This document shows, piece after piece, positions 48,813-62,900 of a stretch of 64,000 nt of DNA (within the stretch, counting starts at the first letter, position 1; each line of letters begins with the position of its first letter). This DNA comes from Macrostomum lignano. Taxonomy: Eukaryota. The stretch covers positions 62,001 to 126,000 of the forward strand of contig NIVC01000712.1 of NCBI GenBank assembly GCA_002269645.1. Direction: 5' to 3'. Below the pieces are notes generated by a model. That model saw only the letters and a list, made by a program, of their open reading frames with translations, was not told the DNA's origin and made no database searches. A program made the position numbers and the translations under genes.

Positions 48813-49623
48813 AGAATTTTGTGTTTTTAAGGTGTTTTAATAAAAAAAACATTTTTCACTACTAAGATTCGAACCAAGGTCGCTACATTAGCATTCCAGT
48901 CTGTTTGCATCCGGCTATCTCTTTTCAATCGGAGAACTTGAATTGTGGCCCTTATAATAAATTCTTATAGCAAGTCGGTTAGAGTAAAAAGTTATGACAT
49001 AATCAATTTCTCAGTCAGCCAGTATCAGTCTAAATTCAAGTTAGCAATATGGTTACGCAATTTCAATGAAGTCTTGTGTGCGTTTCTGTGGCACTGTTTT
49101 CAACTTGTTGTGATGCAATCTTTATCACAATCGTAATTCAGCCAGTCAGTTTTTTCTCTAGCATTCTTACAATGCATTTCAGGTCGAAAGAGCTGCTTGA
49201 CCTTTGCAAAAAAGCATGTTTTTCGAATATTTAATCCCTTTAACATTGAGCAATTTCTTAGCCAAGATGCATGTACCGTCCCAGGAAAATTTCTGATCGA
49301 ATGGTGCAAGTTTGAAGAAAATCGGTTGAGCCATTTTTTCTGATATCTATCGCATAGCTAGTTAGTTACAGACATTTCATTTTTAGTATATAGGACTACA
49401 GGTTTCAAAGCTGAAACTGACTATTGCAACTCTGGCTATAATCATAACGTTACCAAAGGGAAATAGCGATGTAATGTAAACTATCGACATGCATAAATAA
49501 AAAGTACGAGTATAATTGCGGTTTCAATATGATTTCCAGTTTTAGAAATCAATTATTAGTCCAACTAACGAAATATTCTGTAAGCTGTTTTGCTGCTACA
49601 GAGAACGATTGTTACTGACCAGG

Positions 49624-52600
49624 ATGCAGGTGAGCACGCTGTTAGTGCTACTGATTGCTGCTCTGGAGCTGTCCGAAGCTCATCAGGATACCGAGCTGCA
49701 TCTGCGGTCAAACCAGTTCCACCGGCTGCTAATCCACGTAGAAGACCATCGAACTGGCCAGCCGCCTGTCAGTCAATCGTATCATCTGATTGAGCAGATC
49801 GAGGTAAGAATCAATGTCTTATAATAAGAAGTTCATGCACAAATGTAATTTTAGGATAAGTCACAGGTGCTCAATCAATCCACAGAAAGGATTTAAGGAC
49901 GCCTCCAGGCTGCTGCAGAACCTGACCGCTGCCGTTGGCCGCCCGGTGAGGCTCGGCAGCGCCAGCGTCCTGGTGTCGGCCAGGCTCGGCCGCGAGCTTC
50001 GAACCACCGGACTGCCGGTCGGAAACGCCCGGTGGCAGCGCCGGAACCGAGCCGACTTCGTTGTCACCCACGACGTCGACGCCGATACCGAGGGCTCGGT
50101 CGCCATAGAGACCGGATGCGGCAAGCCCGGCAAGAAAGTCGTCATGCAGGATGCGAGCTTCACGAATGACTCAAACAGCATTGGTGAGTGCTCAGCTGCT
50201 AATTCGTATTGAGTCAGAGCCCTACTAGTCTCACACAATCAACTGACCGAGTCCAGTGTGGAACCCCAATTGCAGTGCACCGCAAGGTCGCTCTGTTCTT
50301 CTCGCAGTACCGCTGGGGTCTGCTGAGCGAGCAGCCGGTCGACAGTCCGATCGAGACGGGTCCCGACGGAGAGCTGCGAGTCTCCGCCTGCTCCGCTGAG
50401 CTCAGGGTCCGACTGGCCGCCGCGGACGGCAGCTCGACGTGCGAGTTCGACGTGAACTCGCGTCGAACGTCTCGAGGCTGCGCGCCGAAGCTGAGCGAGT
50501 CGCAGCCGGACGGTCCGCTTGCGTCGTTCATGTTCGCTCCGTTCCACCGAGCCGTGAACCGCTTCTGCGATGCAAGGTCGAAGGAGCCTCAGCTGCAGCA
50601 CAACGGCATGGTGGACAGTCTGATGAACAGGCAGTGCGACGGTCTGAGCGCAGCTGAAGTGCTGCGGAATCACCGAGACTTCTGGGGAACTCCAGAGGGT
50701 ACTCAGCCAGCACCTGGCGACATAAGTTTCGACGTCGTCGCTGAGAAGTCCAACAGACGCGTAGTTGTCGTCATGGACGTGTCGGGCAGCATGAGTGTGA
50801 GTGACTTTAGCTTCGAGAACTAAATTCCTTGTGGCGAGTGTGCTGAGTATGAGGACCCTAAGCTAATGTGCAACCAATTGTTAGATCTAGGAGCTATCGG
50901 CATCTCAACAATGGACTAGTGCCATTCAAATTTTCGGCTTGGATTTTTAATCGCACTGACTGAAATTACATGTATTGTAATAATTCATTTCTTTAAATCA
51001 TTAGGGAAATCGGTTGACTATGATGAAGAGTGCAGTCAGCCAGTTCCTTATGGAGATTCTTGAAGATGGCTCCGAATGCGCTTTGATCAGCTTCAAGAGA
51101 CAGCATCAATTGCTTTCCGGATTCACGATAATTCGGTCCAGGGAAAACAGAGAGAATCTGTCCAGACTGGTTGAAGCATTGAATGCGTCAGGAAGCACCT
51201 GCATTGCTGGAGCTGTCTCTGCAGCTGCCTCTGTGAGTACTAAAGATATAGTATACGATCGTATGCGTACGTAAATGTACGTATATATTTCCTAGGCCTT
51301 ACACCAAGAAACTATTTTTATCCAATGAGCAAGGCTCTGAAAGCTTGTCTTGGCTACATAAACATTATCTGCAGCTAAAATGTTTCAGTTCATGGACTTT
51401 TTAGTAATTAGAGAATAATTTGATCGCGTTTTGCAGCTCCTTGGCTATAATAATTCGGTCGGGCTATCTGCAACAACCAACGGACAAATCATACTTCTTT
51501 CTGACGGTGAGGAAGGCTGCAATGGGAGAGGAGGTCTGAACGGCCTCATCAACTCTATGTCCGATTCGAGCATTCAAGTGGTCTCCATTCGCTACGGAGA
51601 CGCCGCTGAAACGCTAATGGACAGGCTGGCCGACGTGACAGGCGGTCAAAAGTTTTTCCAAAGCACAAACATCTTTGATGCCAGCGGACTGCGACTGGCC
51701 CTGGGCGGGACAATCATGGAGCTGGAGGAGTCCAAGAGGTCGCTGACGGTGAGCTGTGCTGAAATACTGTTTGAACTCTGTTGATTGATAGTTTATCTAT
51801 ATGCTGACGATATGGATTGCTTCTGAATTGATTCTCTCAAATTGCAAAAGCGTACTACGAAGTCTTCACCACACCTTGACCGTATTTGTAATCCTTTTGG
51901 CAGCTGATTTCCGAAGTTATCGAAGGCCGCTTGACGCGTCGCAGGTTCTACGTTGACCACTCGGTGCGGCGAGACCTCGTGTTCCGGGTGTCTGCACCGG
52001 CCAATCTTCGTAGAATGCAGCAGCTTCGACTGGTGCTGACGTCTCCGTCAGGAGCGAACTTCAGCTATCGAAGTCCTTCAAGTACATATGAAATCAATGC
52101 TAAGCTCGGAACCATTGCGATCAGGGTTCCTGACTTGTACATTGAGGTAAGCCGAATCCAGCTGTTGCTGATGCCCATTTCGTGAAGTTTATAAAGTAGC
52201 GCAATTGCCACTCATATGGACACTTCAGAACGGTACGTGGACACTAAGAAACGAAAACTACTTGTCGAATGTCGGATTTGTCAGCAAAGATGGCGGCTCC
52301 ATCGCTGTGACTGGGAGAGCAGCTGACAATGCCACTGAAGCCCCCGTTGTTCTCACCGCTGAGGTCAGTCCGAGAAAAGTGGACAAAATCTTTGTTAACA
52401 CCACAATTGTCGTGTTCGCTCGTCTGTTGAGAGGTCATTCGCCTGTGACAGCTGGGAAATTGTTTGCCACTGTGAGATCCGATGAAAAACTGGTTGCCAC
52501 TGTTGATTTGAGGGACAATGGAGCTGGTAAGGGAGTAAAGCATAAGAAAACACAATTGAATTGTACTTTGCTGCTTTGAAGCAAAAAAAATTAGACAACG

Positions 52601-53554
52601 GATTCTTGCGCAATTTAGGAGCCGATCTGAAGATCAGAGACGGCACATACTCCGCCTACCTGCCCATCGATAAACTCAACGAAGCTCGCGACTTCTCCGT
52701 CTCGGTGACGTCACTGTCGCCTGTGAGTCGCGTCGCACCTGCTGGCAAAGTCACAGTTGCTCAGGTGAATGCAGGATTCAACAGGCAGCAAGTGCCACCG
52801 GCTAAGGTGATCGACCTGAGAGTGACAGTGAATGCGATGGACCAAACAGCCATGTTAATTTGGACGGCGATGGAAGATCCGGTCCGACCTAATACTTGTG
52901 AGCCGCGTCTTGCTCTGGTTGGAAATATATCAATGTAAAGTTTGTAATTCAGCGAATTTTCTCCCATTTTTGGTATCCCTGCTTATTCCAGCTGTGAGCT
53001 ATCAACTAAGATACTCAAAATCGCGTATTCAGTTGATTGACAACTTTTCAAAGTGCACAAAACTGAGCTTTGTGTCCAGTGGTCTGACCGGCCCGGGCTC
53101 CACAATCGAGATGAACATCTTCTCTCTGCTGTCAGATAAAGGCGCCGTGTTTCTCGCCGTCGCCGGCGTCTCATCCGCCCGAGTCGTCGGACAGCAGTCT
53201 AACATCGTCGGCGTTGACGTGACGCCACCATCAGCTTTGGAGCTGAGTAGGCTGGAAAAGCTCGGTTTGAATGTCGACGGCATTTACCTGCCGACCCGTA
53301 CAGCTGACTTCTCCGCCGTAGTGGCGGGAGTGTGCGCCTCAGTGGCGGCTGTGAGTAGTCTCGTTACTCTGTCGCTGGTGCTGCAGAGACGGCTGGGCCC
53401 GATGGCGTTGTTTGCCTCGGCTGGAGCAGATGCAGGTCAAGCAGTGGGCCAGATGACCCTCAGCCGTGCGGCGGCGATGCCTCAGCAGGTGTGTGCGGAC
53501 GAGAGTGACTTTACTAATGATGTCTACGACGCTGTCGCCTTTGTGAACGGCTAA
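49624..53554 (+). CDS. CLCA: CLCA-like protein B, tandem paralog of A, ~973 aa
   Basis: Exons 49624-49803, 49886-50183, 50276-50796, 51005-51232, 51437-51748, 51904-52146, 52229-52526, 52619-52897, 52992-53554. Same intron positions and phases as A; 2922 nt. Signal peptide MQVSTLLVLLIAALELSEA, MIDAS DVSGS, TM AVVAGVCASVAAVSSLVTLSLVL. Confidence 0.9.
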
Positions 53555-54659
53555 AAGGAAAGCTCTAAAAAGAAGAAGTCGTCCTCATTAAGAGTTTGTC
53601 GTTGAATGTGTTTTGTTGAACAATATTTGAAATTGAAATTGGCTGTTTTCGGAAATTAAGAGCTGAAGAAAGGAGAATTTTCAAGATATATATTTTTTAA
53701 GCCACGACATTTTTGTGAAGTTTGATTGGAATAACTAGTTTGAATTCATTACAGACTTACTGCAATAAATTAAAATATTTAACCATACTACTGTTGCTCT
53801 CAAGGCTATGCTAATCTGCTTAACGAGCATACTCGTGTATTAGGTCTATTAGCCTTGTTCCGCACTGTGTCGGAAAGTCAATAATTATATACTAGAACAT
53901 ATAAATTTATTTATTTATTTAAAGCCAAATTTTCTGATACTCATGCCCGTAATTCACAGATCAATGTTTTCACATTACATCGGATAACGACGTGATACGT
54001 CGGCCGTACATGCAGCGGTGTAATGTAAAAGTATCGTGTTTTGTCAGCGACATCGATAGGCGTCGGATTGTTTTTCGGATATCCAGTCGGCATACTAGTA
54101 TTTAATAACAATAGCATGCATGCCATCCGTTTTAATAAGCTGCAACTTCTTACCTTATTGGGTATGTTTATACTGTATCGTCTATTATCTAGCTATAGTT
54201 ATACTCCAGAGTATTATATGATTACTGTAATTTAATAAATCTAACAGTCTTTTCCGTTAATAAATGTCAATTTATTCAGGATATAAGAAGAAAAATGATC
54301 AGTGAATCAAATGCGCTTAAGAATAGCGCAAGGTATCCGTTTTACTTTCTTTACAATGCAGATATTGACGCCTCTTTTGGTTTGACGAGATAAATTAGTA
54401 GCTTTGTAACTTTCAGCACTATTAATAGCATCACTACTCAACTATAACTTTATGTCTACGGTCATTCTGTAGTAAAAGACGTAAATTAGACGCCCATGGA
54501 AATATTTTGATCGAGTTAGGTAGATTATTTTTACTCATAATTTTAGGGACTATGTAGTGTAAAATAGCGCGCTATATCTTTCTATTCCACATGTGAATGA
54601 ACCAGCTCCAATAACTCAATGCACGCCAGTCTAGAACAGTTCTAGAACAGTTCTAGGAG

Positions 54660-57600
54660 ATGGCCGACTCACTGAAACGCTGGTGGCAAAGGCGACTCTG
54701 CATCAAGAAGGCCAGACGGCACAACCTGCAGGACGCGAGGAAGAGGCCGAGTCTCCAACGACAGCGAAATTGCAGTCTAAAATGTCAGCAACAAGCTGAA
54801 GCAGTCGGCAACAGTGACGCGGCATGCAGGGATGCTGCGTCTGTGCCAATCGCAGCAATGGAAAGCGGCGGCGCCGAAACGGAGCCGCAGCCTCCGCCTC
54901 CTCCGCCGCAGCCACCGCCGTTGCAGCCGCAGCACCTCCAGATGAGTCGCACCACTTTTACATCGGTGCTGCCGCGGGTGGCCAGCCGGCTGCACACAAT
55001 TCACGAAGAGGAGGACGGCGGCAGTCGGAGCGCCTCCAACGCGTTCGGCTGGGCCAGCAGTCAAGAGGAGGCGACCGCGAACGACTATTGTCCGTCGGAC
55101 GACTTGGACTCGCGAGCCATCTTCGATTCCGACCAGTCCGATCTGGACCGAGAGTTGATTGAGTGCAGAAATCAAACAAGAAACAACGCTAAGCTTGAGT
55201 CCGATGATGCAGATCCAGCAGGGCAACTGAAGGCCGAAGCGCCCGCCGCTGTGGCTATGCCTGCGGTAGCTGAGAACTTTGATGACGATGCAGCCGAGGC
55301 TATAGATGCTGCGACTATTTCGGAAGCGTTCACAACAGCCATGACTCGAACAGGAACCGCCACCACCACCTGCACCACGCCGTCACCGTCCATCGCTAGG
55401 CAGAACTCGCCGCTGCCTGAACGATCCTGTATTCAGAGCATGCGATGTCGGCGAAACAATCACCACGGGCATGGCAGAACTTCGAGGCCCAACTGTGGAT
55501 GGCCCAACGTCCGGCTCGAGAAGGTGACAATCCAGCCGCATTCAACAGCTTCTTGTGGCCGTCGTAGCAGCTGCCTCGAGACCCGCCGCAAGTCTGGCCA
55601 GGGCAAGTGCGGCGAGTTCAATTTCGACAAGGCGGAAGAGGACTACAGCGGTAATCGTCTGCGAAATCCGATCCGAGGGCCGTTGGCATCCCCGGAGCAG
55701 TCAAGTGAGGCCGTCTTTGGCATCGCCTGCGCCCTCCAAACCTCGGACTTGGAGTCGTCATTTCCCAGCTCATCTTCTGAGAAGACCAACAGCAGTTTGC
55801 AGAAAATTAGTGGCAGCAAAGCCGCCAAAAATTTTACGAATTTGTCCAATGTCTACGGACAGCCGACCGCGGGTTTGGCTGCCAATGCGGCCGAGTCGGT
55901 AGCCGCTGGCAAACGGCAGTCGTCTCGCATCACTCGAATTTGGCTGGACGTGAAAAGTTCAAGCAGCGACAGAACTGAGGAGCAGAACGGAAAAGCAAGG
56001 GAGAGTCGACAAAAAACAAAGAAGGAAGAGACAATAGAAGAGGAACCGGAAACAGAGCCGGAAACGGAGCCAGAGACGGAGCCAGAAGTAGAGAAGGAGC
56101 ATGAAGAACCGGAAGAGCATGAAGAACCGGAAGAGCAAAAAAACCCTTCGCCACCACCGCAGAATGTTGAGCGGAGAAATTCTTCCGAAAAGAAAATCAA
56201 AGTAAAGCGAGAGCCTCGAAGCAGCCATCATAGTCAGCAGGAAGACTCGGGTGACGACGAACAGGTCTTTGTTTACGAAGCCACGGTGGCATTGGATACC
56301 CCGGCTAACGTCGACAATGCTGAGAAGCCAGCTAAGGAAATCAACAGCTCGGTAAGTTGTAAGTCGGTCTGTAAAAAGTTTATAGTTACCGCTGTAGATA
56401 GTTTGATCTCTAAAATCTTTGAGTTGGTCTTTATTGGTTGATTTGCACCTGTGCTGAATTCTCAACAACCCAGCGAGCAGGTGGTGACAAGCTGGACACC
56501 CAGCCAGAGAAACCGCCGGACTGTGCCGGCTGTTTCGGCTCTTTTGAGAACGGGCGACAACCGCGTTGCAACTGCTGCTGCCCGTCTGTACGCTGCTGTT
56601 GCCGCCATGACAACCATATGATGGGGAGGCTGCCGGATGCCGCGTCATCTGGCTGCGGCGGATGTCATCAGCGCTGCTCGTGCTGCTGCTGCCACAACTG
56701 CAGCACTCGGTCGCCGATAGGCTCCGCCTGTGTCTCTAGCCACAGGTGTTGTAACAACCGCAGCCAGCATCAACGAGGTCATAGGACCATCGGCTGCTCC
56801 GGTGCCTACGGTGGCTGCTGTTGCGGCTGCTGCAACCCGGGCTACCAGCCTCCAATGCGCTACATCAATCCGCACTCGATGGCGCAGTACGACCTGGCCG
56901 AGCCGTGGATTTGGCAGCCGCCCGTGTCGCCAGAGGAGCACCGACAACAGCTTGTCAACGTATCGGAGGGACAAGCAAAAAAGACAATAGCTGAAGCTGA
57001 AAGTCTATTAAAATCGGCTTCCAGGCAGCCTGCGCAAGAATGCGATGTAGACAAGTATGAAAAGGTTTACATGGTTCTTTGTGATAGGAGAGTGTAAATG
57101 ACGCCTTGCCAGACTCTCTACATTTGCTAGACGGTCTAGCTGTTTTCCCTTTCAATCTTTCACTAGATCTCGCAATCCAGCCGTGCGCCCCAGAAAACCC
57201 ACCACCCCAATAGCACACAAACCAGCCGTGCGTCCCAAAAAACCCACCACCCCAATAGCACGCAATCCAGCCGTGCGTCTCAAAAAACCCACCACCCCAA
57301 TAGCACGCAATCCAGCCGTGCGTCCCAAAAAACCCACCACCCCAATAGCACGCAATCCAGCCGTGCGTCCCAAAAAACCCACCACCCCAATAGCACGCAA
57401 TCCAGCCGTGCGTCCCAAAAAACCCACCACCCCAATAGCACGCAATCCAGCCGTGCGTCCCAAAAAACCCACCACCCCAATAGCACGCAATCCAGCCGTG
57501 CGTCCCAAAAAACCCACCACCCCAATAGCACGCAATCCAGCCGTGCGTCCCATAAAACCCACCACCCCAATAGCACACAAACCAGCCGCGCACACCTCAT

Positions 57601-58255
57601 AAAACCCACCACCCCAATAGCACGCAATCCAGCCGTGCGTCCCATAAAACCCACCACCCCAATAGCACACAAACCAGCCGCGCACACCTCATAAAACCCA
57701 CCACCCCAATAGCACGCAATCCAGCCGTGCGCCCCAAAAAACCAACCAACCCCAATCGAACACAATCAAACCAGTGCCTAAAAAGATGCACTATTAGAGC
57801 AAATCTGCAGCACAACGCAGTCTTTTTGTACCCACAATTTTTACAGAACTGACATTCAACAACAAGCTGCGTCACTACAGGATGGAGAGCAGCGGCTCGA
57901 GCAGCCAGCAAAGCATCCTGCCTCTACTAGCAACGTTGCAAACTGGCCCAGGCGGTCGCCAGATCCAAACAGCTGGATGACGGACCGCAACTCTCAACTG
58001 ACCAACCTGGCTTTACTAACTAGCAGCGGCGACTTTCGCGGTCATCGTCGGCAAGATCAAAAATTGTTCTCACCGTCGTCCGGTTTTCGATCCTCGTCGA
58101 CGTCCTCGTCTGACTGCTCGTCAGCTCGGGTGACTATCCAGTCGTCTAGAGACGGCGGCGTCGAACACGCAACCGACGCTAGCGGACGCTATCGGATCTC
58201 GTCCTCGTCTAGCGTTGATGTAGCCGTGAACTTTATTAAAGGACGCCGGCGTTGA
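54660..58255 (+). CDS. Unknown low-complexity protein with a Cys-rich segment (~893 aa, 3 exons)
   Basis: Exon 1 is 54660-56351 (TCG|GTAAGT), exon 2 is 56474-57054 (cag|CGA ... AA|GTATGA) and exon 3 is 57847-58255 (tttacag|A), with phases 0 and 2 consistent. GC-rich with a long open frame and no recognisable domain. The exon 3 link is less certain; the alternative stop is at 57097. Confidence 0.7.
57176..57745. repeat. 45-bp minisatellite, ~13 copies
   Basis: Unit gccgtgcgtcccaaaaaacccaccaccccaatagcacgcaatcca. Confidence 0.95.
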
Positions 58256-59870
58256 TGGGCACTACTTAAACATTGGGCGGGTCACTTTCCCATCCCCATC
58301 ATCGCCTTCGATTTAGCGACCGCTGGAATAGCAGCTGCTATGAGAATAGGCGCATAAGCTTTTTACTTATAATCATTTTTGCCCGAGCATTTTTGATCTC
58401 TGGAATAGTAATTCATAGCTAACAATAAGTGATTCGCGGGGCTGTTGCTAACTGGTCTTGAATTTTGGTGAAGTTTTGCTTCGTCCTGTTTAATTTTTTT
58501 CACCTTCTCATTACAGAAATTTTCATTCCCAACCGTTGACTTCAGCGTATTTTATTTCCATTTTTTTGCTTTGTTTATTTTTACTTTTCTCTGCGAAGCG
58601 AAACCGTCCAGTGCCGGCAGCTCTGGGACTTCCCTCTACCCTATAAATAAAAATTCGAAGTGGGGCGCCGTATTAACAAAAATGAATGCGAGGCAAAGAG
58701 AGAACAATGTCATTGCACATATTTTTACACCTTATACGGCGCTAAAACAAAACTCTGACTTAACAGGATAAACGAAGGTTGAAGGTGTCATTTGAAGGTA
58801 CCTTCTTTGTAGAGGATAAGCATATATGTACTTATAATTATATTATAATTTAAATAAGACACATCTCAACTTTATATACTTTTATATTAAACCTGAATTT
58901 TTTGACATTACCTTTGTCCTAAAACTTCTATTTTTCATCGATTATTTTGATGGAAATCATTTCAAAGCTCCGACGAAAGAAATTGAAATATCACCAAACA
59001 AACTCACATGTAAAGTTATGCGCAATAAATTCGTCAACTAAATATTCAAACTCCAAAGTTATAGCTTTATAGTTCAGAATTCAAATGTACTCGTATATTA
59101 TTTTATACTATTTTGTACGCATTTCGAAACCTTTAAATCCAGATAATTATACGATTAATATATCATATAGTACTACTTAAACGCGATTAGTCAGTAGTAT
59201 ACCTCGAAGGTAGAAGAAAACAGGTTTACAATTGGTGGGAAGTTATAAAAGATTGGTTGAAACTATTAACTATTGGAGAAAAGTTGTCTTTTTGTAGTGC
59301 GTATGGGAGTGTACCGCAACTCTGTGGCTGCACACGGGCCTGTAGCTAGCTACAATGAGTTGTAGTAGTGCAAGTGTGATCCAAGGAAACGATATGTTCG
59401 AAAGCAGAAAGGCACAAACTGAAAAACACGACATTAATCTGGTTGCCGTGTTAAAATATTTTGATCAATTAGTCCTGGTTTAATGACTAATAGTTCAAGG
59501 CAGGAAAAAATCGAATAGCCAATTTTCGTCTTGCTATATATATATATATATCTCCTACTAGAAGAAGCCAGAAATTTGTTTGGCTCAATTTAAACAAAGA
59601 GTCGATCGCATTGTCTGGAGGAGAAGCATATTAAGATTCAGCATTCAGTGTTCATACGAAAGTAACTATTGATATTTTAATAACAAATATAGTGGGTTGG
59701 CAATCGATCAGCTATTTGTTTTTGTCCTTACATCCAGCATAATTTTGTTATAATTCCAAAAAGAAGCCAACGTAATTTTGGCGGCAATTCAAAACCGAAA
59801 AATATTTAATCATATAGCATAGGTAGAATTGCCAAGCAAAATTTAGGTCAAGTAAATTCATAGAGAAAAT

Positions 59871-59876
59871 TTTATT
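59871..59876 (-). promoter_or_regulatory. Putative polyadenylation signal of RIB43A
   Basis: AATAAA on the minus strand ~33 nt after the stop. Confidence 0.5.
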
Positions 59877-59908
59877 AAACTGCCGCATCGGCTTCTTAGG
59901 TCAACGGT

Positions 59909-62900
59909 TCAACGACTGCTGGTGTTGAACTGCATGAAGTACGCTGCCGTGGGCGGGTTGGTGTACAACTCTTTTTCCAGGAACTCTTTGTGCGCCTTCT
60001 GCTCCCTGGCTAGGCGGAGATTCTCCTCGGCCTGTTTGCGCTGCAGATCGCGGTTGACTCGTTCAACTTCGCGCTCGATGAGCACCCCGGTGCGGGCCTG
60101 CGTAAGGAGGAGTCGGGAGCGAAATGTTCTGGCCAAGCCTCAAGGCACAGTGCGGCGGTGGGTACTCGATAATCAGAAGTTTTACAGTAAATTTCTTAAA
60201 CATCTAAGACTGGGTAAAATTTAAGATTCATAAGAGCCTGACCCTAGCGTTGAAGAGTTTGGTTTTTAGTAGGAATTCGAAGATATAATAGTGAGGTTTG
60301 CTCGTTGTACTCCTCATGCTGGCACAGCCCCAGAAAACCGAGGTCCTACACGTCGGCATCGCAAACGCCCCTGCTCTGATCCTCCCTAGCGGCGACTCCA
60401 TTGCAGAGTGCCGGGACTTCCGCTCCCTCGCCTCTTTTGTCGCCTCTCCACATGAAATTCATCATTGCGGATCGGCGTGAACAAGCCTGGAGGCCGCTGA
60501 CCAGCTCAAACTCCGCATCTTTCGAGCTGCGGTCGAGCCCATCTTCCTCTACGCCTTGAGGCTGTGCCCATCACTGCAAGCCGCCGGGAAGAAGTCTTAA
60601 ATGCGGCCTTCAGAGCTCTGCTGCGCTTCTCGCTCAACATGCGCTACCCATCAAATCGCGCTCTGATTTGAGACAACGAAGACAGAGACTCCTCGGACTC
60701 GTGCTCAGGAGGCACGTGCCCATGAACCTCATTGATACTTTTACTGACGATTTGCGCGTCCTGTACCCGACTCCTAGCGAGGCCATGCGCCTTCCCTCCT
60801 CGGTTTTCCGCGAAACGCTTGTGCGTTAGGGCTTTTTTAGTCCTCTGCGTCGCTGCTTCTACTACTACTATGCTGACTTAAATGCCGACAATCTATTAAC
60901 AATTTGATTTCGGCAAACATAAAATGATTAGTGATTCGCACCTGCAGCGCCCGCTGGCGATCCCACTCGTCCTTCTCCCGTTTCTCGGCCTCCCGCTTGC
61001 GCCGTTGCTCTTCAGCTTGCAGCGCCTGAATGCGGCGAACCTCCTCCTGCTGCTCGGGCGTCATGCCCTTCCAGCGGTCCGGCACGACTCGGTGAGACCC
61101 GAAGGCGCTCTGGGCCACCGCCGGATTCTCCGTCAGCATGTCGCTGAAGATTGCGTTCGACACCTCGGTGGCGTTGTCGTCCTGCTCCTGAATGTGTTGG
61201 CCAGGATGAGTAGATTGCAGATAGAAGAAGATAATTACATTTAATTAAAGAACCCACCACCCCAATAAAACAATACAGTCATGCGCTTCATAAAAACCAC
61301 CACCCCAATAATACAACAGCCCAAGCTGTGAGCCCCATAGAACCCACCACCCCAATAATAGAACAGCCCAAGCTGTGCGCCCCATAAAATCCACTACCCC
61401 AATAATACAACAGCCCAAGCTGTGCGCCCCATAGAACCCACCACCCCAATAATAGAACAGCCCAAGCTGTGCGCCCCATAGAACCCACCACCCCAATAAT
61501 AGAACAGCCCAAGCTGTGGGCCCCATAAAATCCACTACCCCAATAATACAACAGCCCAAGCTGTGCGCCCCATAGAACCCACCACCCCAATAATACACAG
61601 CCCAAGCTGTGCGCCCCATAGAACCCACCACCCCAATAATAGAACAGCCCAAGCTGTGCGCCCCATAAAACCCACTACCCCAATAATACAACAGCCCAAG
61701 CTGTGCGCCCCATAGAACCCACCACCCCAATAATAGAACAGCCCAAGCTGTGCGCCCCATAGAACCCACCACCCCAATAATAGAACAGCCCAAGCTGTGC
61801 GCCCCATAAAACCCACTACCCCAATAATACAACAGCCCAAGCTGTGCGCCCCATAGAACCCACCACCCCAATAATACACAGCCCAAGCTGTGTGCCCCAT
61901 AGAACCTACCACCCCAATAATAGAACAGCCCAAGCTGTGTGCCCCATAGAACCCACCACCCCAATAATACAACAGCCCAAGCTGTGCGCCCCATAGAACC
62001 CACCACCCCAATAATACAACAGCCCAAGCTGTGCGCCCCGTAGAACCCACCACCCACACATCCCAGCTTTGGGCCCAATAAAACCCACCAACCCAACAAC
62101 ACCCAGTCCAACAACTAAGCCAATGCAAACCAAAGTTCTCTTAAGCGCCGCTCACCTGCTGCCGCCGCAAGCGGGCCCTCTCCTCGGCCTCCCTGGCCAG
62201 GGCATTGTTATAATCGGCCGTGGCCATGTTGATGGCCCGACGGCAGGCCTCTTCAGCCTGGGCCAGCTCGCAGGCGCGCTGGTCCAGCTCGCGCCGTTTC
62301 AAATCGTAGAGCCGGTCGGCCTCTTTCTGGCCCCACTTGGCGGCGTCCTTCTCGCGCTGCTGCTGAAGCGACCACTCGCGCAGCTGCTCCTCTTGGAGTC
62401 GACGACGAGCCTTGGCGTTGAGATCCTCGCCGTCGAACTTCTGCAACGAGCTGATGGTGCACCGCGGATCGTCGTCATGCACCCTGGCCGGCTTGTCCTT
62501 CTTCAGCGCCTCCGGGTCGTACAGGTCCCACTCGCGCCGGGCCTCCGGCTGCTGGTGCAGGGAACGAAACTCGTTCTCGTACATGTTTAGGGCGCGTTTG
62601 TCCGCCTGCTGGCGGGTTTCCATCAGAGTGGCGATTTTGTCGTAGCGAACCGCGTCCTGGGCGAAGGCCTCCTCGCGTTCGCGCTCGCGCTGCTCGTGCT
62701 GCTTTTTCTCGTCAACCTGCTGCTCGAGGCCTTGGACATCGATCTGGGCAGGAGAAGTACAATGTAAATATTGCAAAGAAATCTTTTACACCGAGATACA
62801 TATTTTCATATGCTTAAACAATTTATAGCCAGATGTTGTAGGACTATGTATAGCAAAAATTTTATATAGCATATATTTGATTAAAATTTGCCAGAAGTAT

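Noticed and set aside
46100-49393. DINE/Helentron-like 3' ends at ~46130-46221 and ~49300-49393
   Set aside because: Resemblance is by recall only (gacagacagac...tagtatata); I could not define matching 5' ends or sub-TIRs.
54630-54658. Heat-shock-element-like repeat tctagaacagttctagaacagttctag before the orphan ATG
   Set aside because: It contains TTCnnGAA, but the GAA-TTC spacing is 3 rather than 2, so there is no canonical three-unit HSE, and it lies directly against the start codon.
57152-62133. Trp/Gly-rich minus-strand ORFs over the 45-bp and 47-bp arrays, and antisense ORFs over real exons throughout the window
   Set aside because: They are repeat artefacts or shadows of GC-rich coding exons on the opposite strand or frame.
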